Shown here piece after piece: positions 1 to 11,992 of a stretch of 64,000 nucleotides of DNA. Made by a program: the position numbers and the translations under genes. Position 1 is the first letter of the stretch; every line of letters starts with the position of its first letter. The stretch comes from an uncultured delta proteobacterium (GTDB lineage Bacteria; Myxococcota_A; Polyangia; Polyangiales; Polyangiaceae), in the NCBI GenBank assembly GCA_963841435.1, contig CAWJCS010000002.1:640001-704000 (forward strand), read 5' to 3'. The notes under the pieces are model-generated. The model ran no database searches. It saw nothing but the letters and a program-made list of their open reading frames with translations, and was not told the origin of the DNA.

Positions 1-185
1 ACGTGGCGCCGTCAACGACATCTGGACGAGCTCACCGTCGAACGACCCCTTCAGCCAGCTCATGAAGACGCGCGGCTGGAACATTTCCCAGCTGAACGAT
101 TTTTTCGGCGACTGGGCGATGCACAACGTCACGTGGGACTACAAGGATCGGCCACCGACCGCGGGCGGCAGCCAGAGCAGCACGA
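1..185 (+). pseudogene. 5'-partial, apparently 3'-truncated fragment of a secreted-protein gene (DUF6055-like)
   Basis: Frame +2 reads RGAVNDIWTSSPSNDPFSQLMKTRGWNISQLNDFFGDWAMHNVTWDYKD with coding-like codon usage. It then loses protein-like character and runs antisense into atpG without its own stop. Family assignment is from memory. Confidence 0.4.
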
Positions 186-271
186 CGGACGTCACCGTGG
201 CACCGCCGTACGCCTGGCGAAACCGAGGCCCCCGCCGGTCGCAGGGGCGGGCGCCGCGGACGGGCGCCGGG

Positions 272-1189
272 CTATTCGCGCAGCGCTTCGGCGCCGCCGA
301 TGATTTCCATGAGCTCGGTCGTGATCGCGGCCTGGCGGGCGCGGTTGTAGACGAGCGTCAGCTTGGCGATCATCTCGGAAGCGTTCTTCGTCGCCGAATC
401 CATCGCGGTCATGCGCGCGCCGAGCTCTGCCGCCATCGACTCGAGCAGGGCGCGCAGGATCGTGACCTCGACGTACATCGGCAACAGGCGCTCGAGCAGC
501 ATCGTCTGGTCGGGCTCGAACAAGAACTCGCGGTGGTGCTCCCATTCCTGCGCGGGCGCGCTGCCCGTGGCGTCGCCCACCGCGGAGGGCGTTGCGGGGC
601 GGAGTGGAAACAGCGGCTCCGCGACGACGCGCTGACTCATCGCGCTCTTGAACTCGTTGTAAACGAGGTAAACGGCGTCGACTCTCTCCTCGACGAAGGG
701 CACGAGCACGGTGCGCGCAACGGTGCGCGCCTGCTCGAGATCCACCTTCTCCCACACGCCCGAAAAGGCGTGGAACAGGGGAGCCTTGCGGCGCGTGAAA
801 AAGTCGCGGCCCTTGCGGCCGATCGTCGCCAGCGTGACATCCATGCCCTCTGCCTGCTTCTCCTTCATGAGGCGATCGGCGGCACGCAGGATGTTCGAGT
901 TGAAGGCGCCGCATTGCCCGCGGTCGCTCGTGACGACGAGCACGAGCACCCGCCTCTCGGGGCGGCGCGCGAGCAGCGGATGGTTGTCGCCGAACTCGCC
1001 CGCTTCCTCGAGCGCGGCGGTGATCTCGCCGAGCACCTCGCCGGTTTTCACGGCGTAAGGCCGGAGCGCGAGAATGCGCTGCTGGGCGCGCGCCAGGCGG
1101 GCGCCGGCGACCATCTTCATGGCGCGGGTGATCTTCTGCGTGCCTTTGACGCTCGAGATCCGCTTGCGAATGGCCTTGAGATTGGGCAT
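272..1189 (-). CDS. atpG: F1 ATP synthase gamma subunit
   Basis: MPNLKAIRKRISSVKGTQKITRAMKMVA start, TSDRGQCGAFN, and C-terminal RMTAM...YNRARQAAITTELMEIIGGAEAL. Confidence 0.98.
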   Translation of the reverse strand: MPNLKAIRKRISSVKGTQKITRAMKMVAGARLARAQQRILALRPYAVKTGEVLGEITAALEEAGEFGDNHPLLARRPERRVLVLVVTSDRGQCGAFNSNILRAADRLMKEKQAEGMDVTLATIGRKGRDFFTRRKAPLFHAFSGVWEKVDLEQARTVARTVLVPFVEERVDAVYLVYNEFKSAMSQRVVAEPLFPLRPATPSAVGDATGSAPAQEWEHHREFLFEPDQTMLLERLLPMYVEVTILRALLESMAAELGARMTAMDSATKNASEMIAKLTLVYNRARQAAITTELMEIIGGAEALRE

Positions 1190-1240
1190 CGATGGGGGGA
1201 GTCAGGTGGTGCGGCGCGACCCGGGGGCGCGCCGGGTGCG

Positions 1241-3588
<2,348 letters not shown>

Positions 3589-3590
3589 GG

Positions 3591-4343
3591 CTAGTTCCGG
3601 GCTCCGAGGCCAGCGCCGGAGCGCGAAAGGCCCGCCAGGTACTCGTCCGCGAGGCGCCGGCGATCGTCGTCGGTGAGCCGCTTCGTCAGCACGTCCGCGG
3701 CCGAGGCTAGCGCCTGCGACACGAGCTCGCGCTTCATGTCGTCGCGTGTCGCGGCAAGCTCCTGGTCGATGAGCAAGCGAGCGTCTCGCTCCAGGCGCTC
3801 GCGCCGGGCCCGCGCGTCGGCGAGCACGCCCTCGCGCTCCCGCTGTGCGGCCTCCCTCATCTGCGCACGGACGCGTTCGATCTCGCTGTCGATGCGGTCG
3901 AGCTTCTTCTCGTACTCCTCGAGGCGAGCCTCGGCGTCCTTCTTCATGCGGGCCGCCTCGTCCATGCCGCGCAGGATGTTCGCCTTGCGGGCGCGGAGGG
4001 CTTCCTTGAGCGGCTTCTTCGTGTAGCGGTAGATGACGCCGTACAGCAGCGCGGCGTTGAGCAGGTACGCGCCGAACGGGGCCTGCATGCCCTTGGGCCG
4101 AAAGAGCAGGCTGGGCTCGCCGTCGTCGCTCTCACCCACAAAGCCGTAAAACCAGTTGATGTCGTCCCACGTGGGCACGTGGTGCGCGCCGTGGCCGTGC
4201 TCGCCGTGCGTCCCTGCCTCGGTCGCCTCGTGCGCGCCCGCCTTTTCGGCGTGCCCGTGCTCCTCGGTCTCCGCCGCGCTTACGACGGCCCCGCCCAGCA
4301 GGCTCGACAGGGAGACGAGCGCGACGACCAGGGCTTTTCTCAT
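3591..4343 (-). CDS. atpF: F0 ATP synthase subunit b, with signal-like and His-rich N-terminal extension
   Basis: TM segment followed by KKPLKEALRARKANI coiled coil; operon position. Confidence 0.9.
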   Translation of the reverse strand: MRKALVVALVSLSSLLGGAVVSAAETEEHGHAEKAGAHEATEAGTHGEHGHGAHHVPTWDDINWFYGFVGESDDGEPSLLFRPKGMQAPFGAYLLNAALLYGVIYRYTKKPLKEALRARKANILRGMDEAARMKKDAEARLEEYEKKLDRIDSEIERVRAQMREAAQREREGVLADARARRERLERDARLLIDQELAATRDDMKRELVSQALASAADVLTKRLTDDDRRRLADEYLAGLSRSGAGLGARN

Positions 4344-4828
4344 CAGCTCGGCTCCCGGCCGAGCACGCGCTCGGCGACGTCTTGTGCGAGGCGCTCGGAC
4401 TCGCGGCCGAGGTCGAAGCGCATGCGCCCGACCTCCTCCTTGATGTGGCCGCGCCCGTCCTCGACGATACGGGTGACCGACTTACGGGCCTCGTCGAGGA
4501 TTTCGGCTTCGAGCCGGGCGGTTTCGGCCCGCGCGTGATCGCGCTCTTCGCCGGCCACCTGGTTCACACGCGCGTATTCGCGCTCGTATTTCTCGAGCAG
4601 CTCGCCGGCCAGCTCGTCGAGCTCTCGTGCCTGGGCACGCTCCCCGTCGGTCCGCGCCTCACGCAGCGCAAAGACGCGCAGCACGGGCGTGAACAGCAGC
4701 GGCTCCAAGACCAGGATCAAAACCAGGAAGATGAACGCCTGGAAGACGACCGTGTTGTCGAGGTCGAGGGTGACGCCGCCGGCGAGGCCGAGCAACGTCG
4801 GGTGGAGTATCGAGAGCTCCGGGCTCAT
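4343..4828 (-). CDS. atpF2: F0 ATP synthase subunit b'
   Basis: LDLDNTVVFQAFIFLVL...LLFTPVLRVFALRE, then coiled coil ending ERVLGRE; stop overlaps the atpF start. Confidence 0.9.
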   Translation of the reverse strand: MSPELSILHPTLLGLAGGVTLDLDNTVVFQAFIFLVLILVLEPLLFTPVLRVFALREARTDGERAQARELDELAGELLEKYEREYARVNQVAGEERDHARAETARLEAEILDEARKSVTRIVEDGRGHIKEEVGRMRFDLGRESERLAQDVAERVLGREPS

Positions 4829-4893
4829 GGTGGCGTTGGCTCGGGGGCGGCTCGTAGCATCTCGCCGCGGTCATGTCCATTGGTCCTCGATTT

Positions 4894-5386
4894 CTACCAG
4901 GTGGCTCCACTGCCGCTGATTTCGCGCACGCCGCTCGCGTCCAGCGTCCGTAGAATGTCCCGGTAGGAAACGTCGTCGGTCGGATCGCAAGCGTCGGGTG
5001 CGACGTTCGAGCAAGGGGAAGAGCGCAAACGCTCGCTTTCTCAGCTCCGGATGCGGCACGCTGAGCGCCGGCGTCGCAACGGCCGTGCCCTTCGCCCACA
5101 GGATGTCGAGATCGATGAGGCGCGGCCCCCAGCGCTCGTTTCGCACCCGGCCGAGCCGCCGTTCGATGCCGAGCAGTGCCTCGAGCAGCGCGTCGGGCGC
5201 AAGGCCGATATCGAGCCTGAGCGCGGCGTTCAGGAACCTGGGCTGCGGGGGCCCGACCGGCTCGGTTTCGTAGAGGGACGACCGGCCCCGCGGGCGGCCG
5301 AGGCGTTCGATTTCGAGGGCCGCGGTCGCGAGCAGGCGCCGACTATCCCCGAGATTCGAGCCGAGGCCGATCACGGCGTCCAGCAT
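4894..5386 (-). CDS. folK: 2-amino-4-hydroxy-6-hydroxymethyldihydropteridine diphosphokinase (apparent +1 frameshift at ~5006)
   Basis: IGLGSNLGD, SSLYETEP, FLNAA, RWGPRLIDLDIL, VPHP. Removing one base at 5006/5007 restores the typical PLLDVAPD...LDASGVRE C-terminus with stop at 4894. Confidence 0.93.
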
Positions 5387-5502
5387 GCGCCGAGCGTAGC
5401 GGCTTCTGTCGGGTTTCCAAACCGGCCGCGAGCCGCCACGCGGGAGCCCTGCGCGGACTGGCGCCTTCCCCTTTGGCGCCCTCGGAGGCAGGATGGGGGA
5501 GC

Positions 5503-5643
5503 GTGCTGGGTCTCAGCTTCGGCGAGCTGTTCCTGCTGACGTTCATCGTCGGCACGATTCTCTCTGCTCGCTACTGGCCGCGCCTCGGCGAGTGGGTTGT
5601 GCGCCGCATCGCTCGTTCGACCGGCGACAGCGACCCTGAGTGA
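5503..5643 (+). CDS. small TatA/TatB-like single-pass membrane protein (46 aa; not in the ORF track)
   Basis: GTG start after GGGGGAG; MLGLSFGELFLLTFIVGTILSARYWPRLGEWVVRRIARSTGDSDPE* has the GLSFGEL-TM-PxLG amphipathic pattern of TatA/B. Confidence 0.6.
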   Translation: MLGLSFGELFLLTFIVGTILSARYWPRLGEWVVRRIARSTGDSDPE

Positions 5644-5727
5644 CCCTCTCCGCACGCGCGCAAAGCAGCGGCGCGGCATTCCGGGTGGAGAAACGCGCGG
5701 CCCCACGGTACGCTGCCGTCACCCGAG

Positions 5728-8184
5728 GTGGCAAGCTCCGATCCGAAGTCTGCCCCCGATAGCTCGCCAAGCTCGCAGGGTGCGCTCATCTTCATGAGCG
5801 ACGCCTCGGCGGAGGCAGAGCGCCTGAGTTCCGCGCTCCGCACGCGCGGGCACTGGGTGGTCGACGTGCCGCTCGGGCTGCTCGCGGGACGCGTGGCGGT
5901 GCAGCGCCCGGCCGTCGTGATCTGTGACGCCGACGCCCCGGGCACCCTGGAGACCTTGACGCGCGTCCAGATCGCGGCAGGCGAGCGTACGATCAACGTG
6001 CTGCTCATCGCTGAGCGGCTCGAATCGGTGCCCCAGGGCCGCCGCGAGCTCGAGACGCTCGCGAGCGCGCTGTTCACGCGGCCCGTCGAGCCAGAGCTTT
6101 TGATCGAGAAGGTCGAACAGATCATGGGGCCGAGCGGGTCGCGGCCCTCCGCGAGCGGTGCGTCGAGCGCCGGAGGGCGACCACCCGTGCTGGTCGCCGC
6201 AACCCGCCGCCCGTATCGCTACGAGGGCTCGAGGCCCGGCAGCCGCGGTCCATTGAGTGGCGCGCCGCCTTCCGCCGGAGCGCCGTCTTCTCCGCGGGCG
6301 TCGGGGGGAGGCTCGGCACCTCCCGGCGCGTCGCCCTCGTCGGCGCCGTCGTCGCCGCCGGCGGGAGCCCCAGCGTCCGGGCGACCCTCGAGCTCCCCGC
6401 CCGGAGTCGGGCCGCGAGGGGGATCGGTCGTGCCGCAAGCGATCGGGGCCGTCCCGCACGCGCGCCTGAGCCCCGAGCTCGAAGCGTTGCTCGGCCGCGC
6501 CGAGCAACGGGTGCGCAGCACGGCCGGCATGCCGGTCGTCGCCGAGCGGCTCTCGCCCGAGGCTGAGGTCGAGGCCGTGCTGCCGGCGGAGCTGCTCGCC
6601 GTCCTCGACGAGCCGCTCCAGGACGACGAGGACGACGAGGATGACAGCGTCCCAGGCACGGCGGGAGGCTCGGAAGGCGGCTCGCGCGGCACGCGCGGCA
6701 CCCCTGACGCGGGCACGGCCGCGGGCTCGCGTGGTGTTGCCCGGACCGAGACGACCTCGAGCCGGTCTCGCCACGTGCCCGTCGAGCCCCCACCCCCTGA
6801 GCCGCCGGAGGACAGCGCCGCCTTCGGTCAGGAAGCGCCCACGGCACCGCCTCGCGGCGGGCCGGCGCCGCCCAGCATGCTTTCGACGACGGCGCTCGAA
6901 GGGCTCGAGCATCCGCTCGAATCGCGACCGAGCCGTCCGGCGCCGACGGCACCCGGCGGAGTGATCGAGAGCCTTCCGCCCGTCGAGGTGCCTTCCACCC
7001 GCCCGCCGCGCTCCGCGCATACCGAACGCCGGCCCGAGCCGGACGGGAGGCCCGAGCCTTCGCCGCCGCGCTCGTCCGAGGTGCCGCTGCTCGCTCGCCC
7101 GCCATCGGACCCGCCCTCGATGGTGAACCGCTTGCCGGACGTGCCCGCCGTCCTCGGAGCCGGCGATGGCGTGAGAGCGCTGGCACGCTCGATCGCGTCC
7201 CGCTTCACGGGCGCCGTCGCGTTCGAGGATCCCGCGGGGATCCGCCGCGTCGTGTTCCGCGACGGCGACTTCGTCACGGCGGCGTCCAGCGCCGAGGGGG
7301 AGACACTCGTCGCGTTCCTCGCGCAGCGCGGCGATTTGTCGCCGGACGTCGTGCAGAAGGTGGCGCGGCGGCTGCCGCCGTTCGGCCGTCACGCGGGCGC
7401 GGCGCTCGTGGCTCAGGGGCACCTGCGCCAGGACGAGCTCTGGAGCGTGCTCCGCGCTCACGCGGAATGGTTGCTCGGCCGCGTTGCCGCGCTCGAGCGC
7501 GGCGGGGCGAGCCTCGAGCAGGACGTGCCGCAGCGCTTGCAAGCCGAGCCGGGCGTGTTCGGAGGCGCGACGGGCGCGGAGGTGCTCGTGGAGATGGCCC
7601 GGCGCGTGCTCGCCCCGGCCGACGCCGTCGTGCGGCTCGGTGGGCGCGAGGCTCGGCTCACGGCGGGCGGCGTGCGCGCGCTGCTCGCCGAGTGCGCGCT
7701 GCCCGACGCCGAGGTCTCGTTCGTGCACCAGGCGGACGGCGCAACCGTCGGGGAGCTCCTAGCCCGCGCCGGCAGCGACGATTTCGCGCCGGTCGTGCTT
7801 TGCCTCGTCGAGCTCGGCGTGCTGAAGACCGAGGGCGCGCTCCGGCGTGTTCCCGCGGACGCCGCGCGCGGTCCGGGCGAGTGGGATTCGCTCGATACCG
7901 ACGCCGTGCGCGCGCGCATCGCGTCGCGGCTCTCGCTCGTCGAGGAGGGCGACTACTTCGCCGTGCTCGGCGTGAGCCGCGACGCCACGAGCTATGATCT
8001 GCGTCGCGCGTATCACTCCATGCGGAAAGCGTTCGACCCGGGCGCCGTGCTCACCGCGGCGACGGTCGACCTGCGCAGCGACGTCGAGTCGATCCTCGAA
8101 GTGCTCGACGAGGCGTACGATATCCTGCGCGATCCGGTGCGGCGCGAGCGCTACCGGCGCGCGCTCGAAGCCGTGCCCCGGTAG
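5728..8184 (+). CDS. multidomain protein: pseudo-receiver, Pro/Ser-rich linker, DUF4388-like domain, degenerate C-terminal J-domain
   Basis: VVICDAD receiver-like N-terminus; RFTGAVAF...RRVVFRDGDFV; DYFAVLGVSRDA...EAYDILRDPVRRERY. Confidence 0.8.
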   Translation: MASSDPKSAPDSSPSSQGALIFMSDASAEAERLSSALRTRGHWVVDVPLGLLAGRVAVQRPAVVICDADAPGTLETLTRVQIAAGERTINVLLIAERLESVPQGRRELETLASALFTRPVEPELLIEKVEQIMGPSGSRPSASGASSAGGRPPVLVAATRRPYRYEGSRPGSRGPLSGAPPSAGAPSSPRASGGGSAPPGASPSSAPSSPPAGAPASGRPSSSPPGVGPRGGSVVPQAIGAVPHARLSPELEALLGRAEQRVRSTAGMPVVAERLSPEAEVEAVLPAELLAVLDEPLQDDEDDEDDSVPGTAGGSEGGSRGTRGTPDAGTAAGSRGVARTETTSSRSRHVPVEPPPPEPPEDSAAFGQEAPTAPPRGGPAPPSMLSTTALEGLEHPLESRPSRPAPTAPGGVIESLPPVEVPSTRPPRSAHTERRPEPDGRPEPSPPRSSEVPLLARPPSDPPSMVNRLPDVPAVLGAGDGVRALARSIASRFTGAVAFEDPAGIRRVVFRDGDFVTAASSAEGETLVAFLAQRGDLSPDVVQKVARRLPPFGRHAGAALVAQGHLRQDELWSVLRAHAEWLLGRVAALERGGASLEQDVPQRLQAEPGVFGGATGAEVLVEMARRVLAPADAVVRLGGREARLTAGGVRALLAECALPDAEVSFVHQADGATVGELLARAGSDDFAPVVLCLVELGVLKTEGALRRVPADAARGPGEWDSLDTDAVRARIASRLSLVEEGDYFAVLGVSRDATSYDLRRAYHSMRKAFDPGAVLTAATVDLRSDVESILEVLDEAYDILRDPVRRERYRRALEAVPR

Positions 8185-8215
8185 TGGGCGCGACGGCTCG
8201 TCGTTCGCGGCGATC

Positions 8216-10699
8216 TCACTCCGCGGCGCCGGCGGCGTGCTCGTGCGCGGGCTCGACGACGTCGAAGTCGAGCGCGCCGTCGGCGACCTCGAGTAGCGCC
8301 GCCGAACCGCGCGGCAGCTCGCCGCGCAGGAGCCGTTCGGCGAGCGGCGCCTCGACGAGGCGCGCGATGGTGCGTTTCATCGGCCGCGCGCCCAGGGACG
8401 GATCGTAGCCGCCCCGGTCTAGTAGGTGCTCGACGACGTCGGGGCCGTACTCGAGGCGCACGTGGCGCTGGTCGAAGAGCGCCTGGGCGATGCCGCCGAG
8501 CAGGCGGCGCGCAATCTCGCGAACCTCGCTCTTTCCGAGCGGCGAGAACACGAGCACCTCGTCGATGCGGTTGTAAAGCTCGGGGGCGAGTGCCTGGCGC
8601 ACCGCGGCCGTGACGCGTGCCTCGATGTCGCTCACGTCCACCTCGTCGCCGCCGGTGAAACCGACGCGACGGCGGGGGGAAGCGCCGCTCTCCTCGGCGC
8701 CGAGGTTCGAGGTCATCAGGATCACGGTGTTCGTGAAGTCCACGGTGCGACCGCGACCGTCGGTGAGCCGACCCTCGTCGAAGACGCCGAGGAACGCCGT
8801 GAGCACGTCCGGGTGCGCCTTCTCGATCTCGTCGAGCAAGATCACCTGGTAGGGCCTGCGGCGCACTGCCTCGGTGAGCTGACCGCCCGCTTCGTGCCCC
8901 ACGTATCCGGGCGGCGCGCCGATGAGCCGCGCCACGGCGTGGGCTTCGCTGAACTCGGAGAGGTCGAGGCGGGTCATGGCGCTCTCGCAGTGAAAGAGCG
9001 CTTCGGCGATGGCCTTCGCGGTTTCGGTCTTGCCGACGCCCGTCGGGCCGAGCAAGAGGAACGTGCCGATGGGGCGGCGCGAGCCGAGCCCCGCGGCATT
9101 GCGGCGCAAGATGCGCGCGATGCGACGGATGCCGGCGGCGTGGCCGACGACGCGCTCGGCGAGGATCTCCTCGAGCTTGAGCATGCGATCGCCGTCCGCC
9201 TCCAGCAGGCGCTCGACGGGCATGTCGGCGAGCTCGGCGACGACCTCGGCGACCGTCTCCGGGCCGACCGAGAGCCGCCCGCGCCGCCGCGCGCGTGCGC
9301 CCGCGAGATCGAGGATCGAGACGGCCTTGTCGGGCAACGCGCGACCCGGCAGGTAGCGCACCGACCAAGCGACCGCCATGGCGAGCGCCTCGGTCTGGTA
9401 GCCGACGGTGTGGTGTGCCTCGAGCATCGGCTTGAGCGCTTCGAGCACGAGGTAGGCATCCTCCCGACTCGGCTCGTCGACCTCCACGAGCGTGAAGCGC
9501 CGCGCGAGCGCCGCGTCGTTGCCGATCGTCTTCTGGTACTCCTCGACGGTCGTCGCGCCGATGCACGGGATCTCGCCGCGTGCGAGCGACGGCTTGAGTT
9601 CGGAGGCGATTTCCTCGGCGGCATCGCCCGAGAAGAGCTGATGGATCTCGTCGAAGAAGATCACGATGCGCCCGCGCGCCGCGATCGTCTCCTTGCGGAT
9701 GCCGCCGAGGCGCGCTGCCAGGGCGCCGCGCACGCCCGTTCCCGCGACGAGCTCTCCGATCGGGATCTGGATCACGATGCGCTCGTCGAGCGTGCCCTGG
9801 TCGCGGTTGTCGACGATGCGCTGGGCGAGTCCTCGTACGACGCTCGTTTTGCCGACGCCGGCGGCGCCCACGAGGCAGGGGTTGTTGCCCTCGCGCTTGG
9901 CGAGCACGTCGAGCGCCTGCTCGACGACGGCTTCGCGGCCGACGACGGGATCGAGCTCGCCGCGCACCGCCGCGAGCGTGAGGTTCTTCCCGAGCGCTGT
10001 CAGCACGGGGAAGCGCTGAGGGTCGAGCTGGAAGCGCTCCTCGGCGGAGGTATCGGGCCCGCTCGATGGCGGCCTCGCCGGGACGGGGGTCGCCGTGACC
10101 GCCGACGGCTCGGGCAGAACGACCGGCGGGTCCTCGGTCTCCACGGCGTCGGGCGGTGGGGGTCGCCTGGCGGACAGCTCGAACAGTGAGACGGCCGTCG
10201 CGGGTCGGCGCGGGGCGCTTGCCCGGTCGCGCGCCTTCGGTGGAACGGCGGCCGAGGGGACGACCGCGGCGCGATCGGGCAGGCGGCGACCTCCGATCAG
10301 GCCCTGCCCGAGATGCAGCGCCGCCGTCCGCAGGCGGGGCACGTCCGCGCCGGCCTGCTCGACGACCCGGCGCGCTGCCGAGCGCGGCTCCCCGAGCAGC
10401 GCGACGAGCAGGTGGTCGGCGGACGCCCGCGTCTTGCCCATGCGCGAGGCGATGGCGTGCGCCTTGGCGAGCAGCGCCCGGACGGCGTCGGCAAAGTCGT
10501 CGGGGACGTTGCGCCCGAGCCTGAGGATCTCGTCGAGCACGAGCTTGCGTTCGGCGAGCAGGAGCGCGACGGGGCTCGGCCGCGCGGCGATGGCGGCGAG
10601 CAGATGGGCGCTCGTGAGCCGGTCTTTTTGGCGGCCGGCGAGGTCCTCGGCAAGCTGTCTTAGGGCGTGCAGCTCGGGCTCGATACGGGCAGACGTCAT
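8216..10699 (-). CDS. ATP-dependent Clp protease ATP-binding subunit (ClpA/ClpC family)
   Basis: Clp_N repeats (HLLAAI, HLLVALL), Walker A GAAGVGKT and GPTGVGKT, FFDEIH, RLIGAPPGYVG, LLDEIEKAH, RVGF ClpP-docking loop. ATG at 10699 is preferred to 10738. Confidence 0.93.
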   Translation of the reverse strand: MTSARIEPELHALRQLAEDLAGRQKDRLTSAHLLAAIAARPSPVALLLAERKLVLDEILRLGRNVPDDFADAVRALLAKAHAIASRMGKTRASADHLLVALLGEPRSAARRVVEQAGADVPRLRTAALHLGQGLIGGRRLPDRAAVVPSAAVPPKARDRASAPRRPATAVSLFELSARRPPPPDAVETEDPPVVLPEPSAVTATPVPARPPSSGPDTSAEERFQLDPQRFPVLTALGKNLTLAAVRGELDPVVGREAVVEQALDVLAKREGNNPCLVGAAGVGKTSVVRGLAQRIVDNRDQGTLDERIVIQIPIGELVAGTGVRGALAARLGGIRKETIAARGRIVIFFDEIHQLFSGDAAEEIASELKPSLARGEIPCIGATTVEEYQKTIGNDAALARRFTLVEVDEPSREDAYLVLEALKPMLEAHHTVGYQTEALAMAVAWSVRYLPGRALPDKAVSILDLAGARARRRGRLSVGPETVAEVVAELADMPVERLLEADGDRMLKLEEILAERVVGHAAGIRRIARILRRNAAGLGSRRPIGTFLLLGPTGVGKTETAKAIAEALFHCESAMTRLDLSEFSEAHAVARLIGAPPGYVGHEAGGQLTEAVRRRPYQVILLDEIEKAHPDVLTAFLGVFDEGRLTDGRGRTVDFTNTVILMTSNLGAEESGASPRRRVGFTGGDEVDVSDIEARVTAAVRQALAPELYNRIDEVLVFSPLGKSEVREIARRLLGGIAQALFDQRHVRLEYGPDVVEHLLDRGGYDPSLGARPMKRTIARLVEAPLAERLLRGELPRGSAALLEVADGALDFDVVEPAHEHAAGAAE

Positions 10700-10786
10700 C
10701 AGGACAGAGCTTCTGCCCGGCGGCGCTCGAACGGCCAAGTTCTGGCCCCGTCCGGCGCGGGGGCCGGCGCGGGGCCACGAGGGCCG

Positions 10787-11905
10787 CTACCGCTCGAGCA
10801 GAACCTCGCCCGCCGGCAGCCCGAGCACCTCGAGCGCCCCGCTGCCCCCGACCGCCACGAACGGCACGTCGTCGCCGAGCACGACGTGCCGGTCCCGGAC
10901 GGCGCGCGCGGCCCAGCCCTCCCCTTCGGGTGGCGGACCCGGCGCGAGCTCGCGCTCGAGGACGAGCTCGGCGGCGTTCGAGAGCACCTCCAGCCGGAAG
11001 CGCCGCGGGCGGCCCGGTCCCTCGTCGACCACCACCACGGCGAGGTAGTCGCTGCTCGCCGCCGCGTCGAACGGCGGGGCCCCGAGCGAGCGGTGCTCGA
11101 GGGTGCGTAGGCGCTCGCCGATCTGAAAGAGCTCGACCGTTCCGTCCGCGCCGACGGCCCACGCCTGATCGACGCGGCGCCCGGGCAAGAGCCGCCAGGG
11201 TCGGAGCGTGGTCGAGAGCGAATGCGTGTGGCCGCCGGGCAGGGCTCTTCTGAGGCCGTGCTCGGCGCGGTAGAGCAGGGTGCCGTCGCGGAGCACCGTG
11301 ATGGGACCGCCGTCGTAGTCGGCGAGCGCGAGCGTGTCAGGGTGCTCGGTGCCGGGCTTCGTCGTGACGGGCTCCACGAGCAGCGAGGCCTGGCGGCGCT
11401 GCACCCCGAAGACGACGCTCGAGTCGCGGCGTTCCGGCAGGAGCAACATGCCCGGCAACCAGAGCAGGGGTGGCAGGTTGACCGGTGCGGTGGCGCCGGG
11501 GTCGATGCGGACGCTCGCCGTCGCCCCGACGACGACCACCGAGCCTCCCGCGATCGTCACCGCGGCGCGTGGTCCCGAAAGCTCGCTCTCGAACGCGAGC
11601 TTCGGCCCCGGCCAGCCATACGCCTCGACACGCTCCTCGCCGAGCCTCACGAGCAGGCGCCGTCCTGCGGCGAGTGGCTGGAGCTCCCATTGTGGCGCCG
11701 CCACGGAAAGCCCCTGTCGTACCGACGCCAGCGCCGAGGCGACGGCTCGCGCCGCGGCCGCCTCGGGGGCCTCGGAGCTCGGCTGTGGGGTCACGCGCCG
11801 GGGCGCACTTTCGCGCTCCTCGCAGCCGCCCGAAAGGCACGCGGCGGCGAGGGCCGCCAAAAGCCAGGCCCGGGCGATCTCCGGCGTGCGGGGGCCACGC
11901 GTCAC
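10787..11905 (-). CDS. hypothetical lipoprotein
   Basis: GTG start (uncertain), hydrophobic leader with LSGGC lipobox, beta-rich body. Confidence 0.65.
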   Translation of the reverse strand: MTRGPRTPEIARAWLLAALAAACLSGGCEERESAPRRVTPQPSSEAPEAAAARAVASALASVRQGLSVAAPQWELQPLAAGRRLLVRLGEERVEAYGWPGPKLAFESELSGPRAAVTIAGGSVVVVGATASVRIDPGATAPVNLPPLLWLPGMLLLPERRDSSVVFGVQRRQASLLVEPVTTKPGTEHPDTLALADYDGGPITVLRDGTLLYRAEHGLRRALPGGHTHSLSTTLRPWRLLPGRRVDQAWAVGADGTVELFQIGERLRTLEHRSLGAPPFDAAASSDYLAVVVVDEGPGRPRRFRLEVLSNAAELVLERELAPGPPPEGEGWAARAVRDRHVVLGDDVPFVAVGGSGALEVLGLPAGEVLLER

Positions 11906-11992
11906 GGTCGAGCCATGCAGGGTCGGAGCGCGCGTTGTCAAGCAGCCCGCGTGGTGCCGCCACGTGGGGCTCCTGCTATAGCGTCGGCTCTC

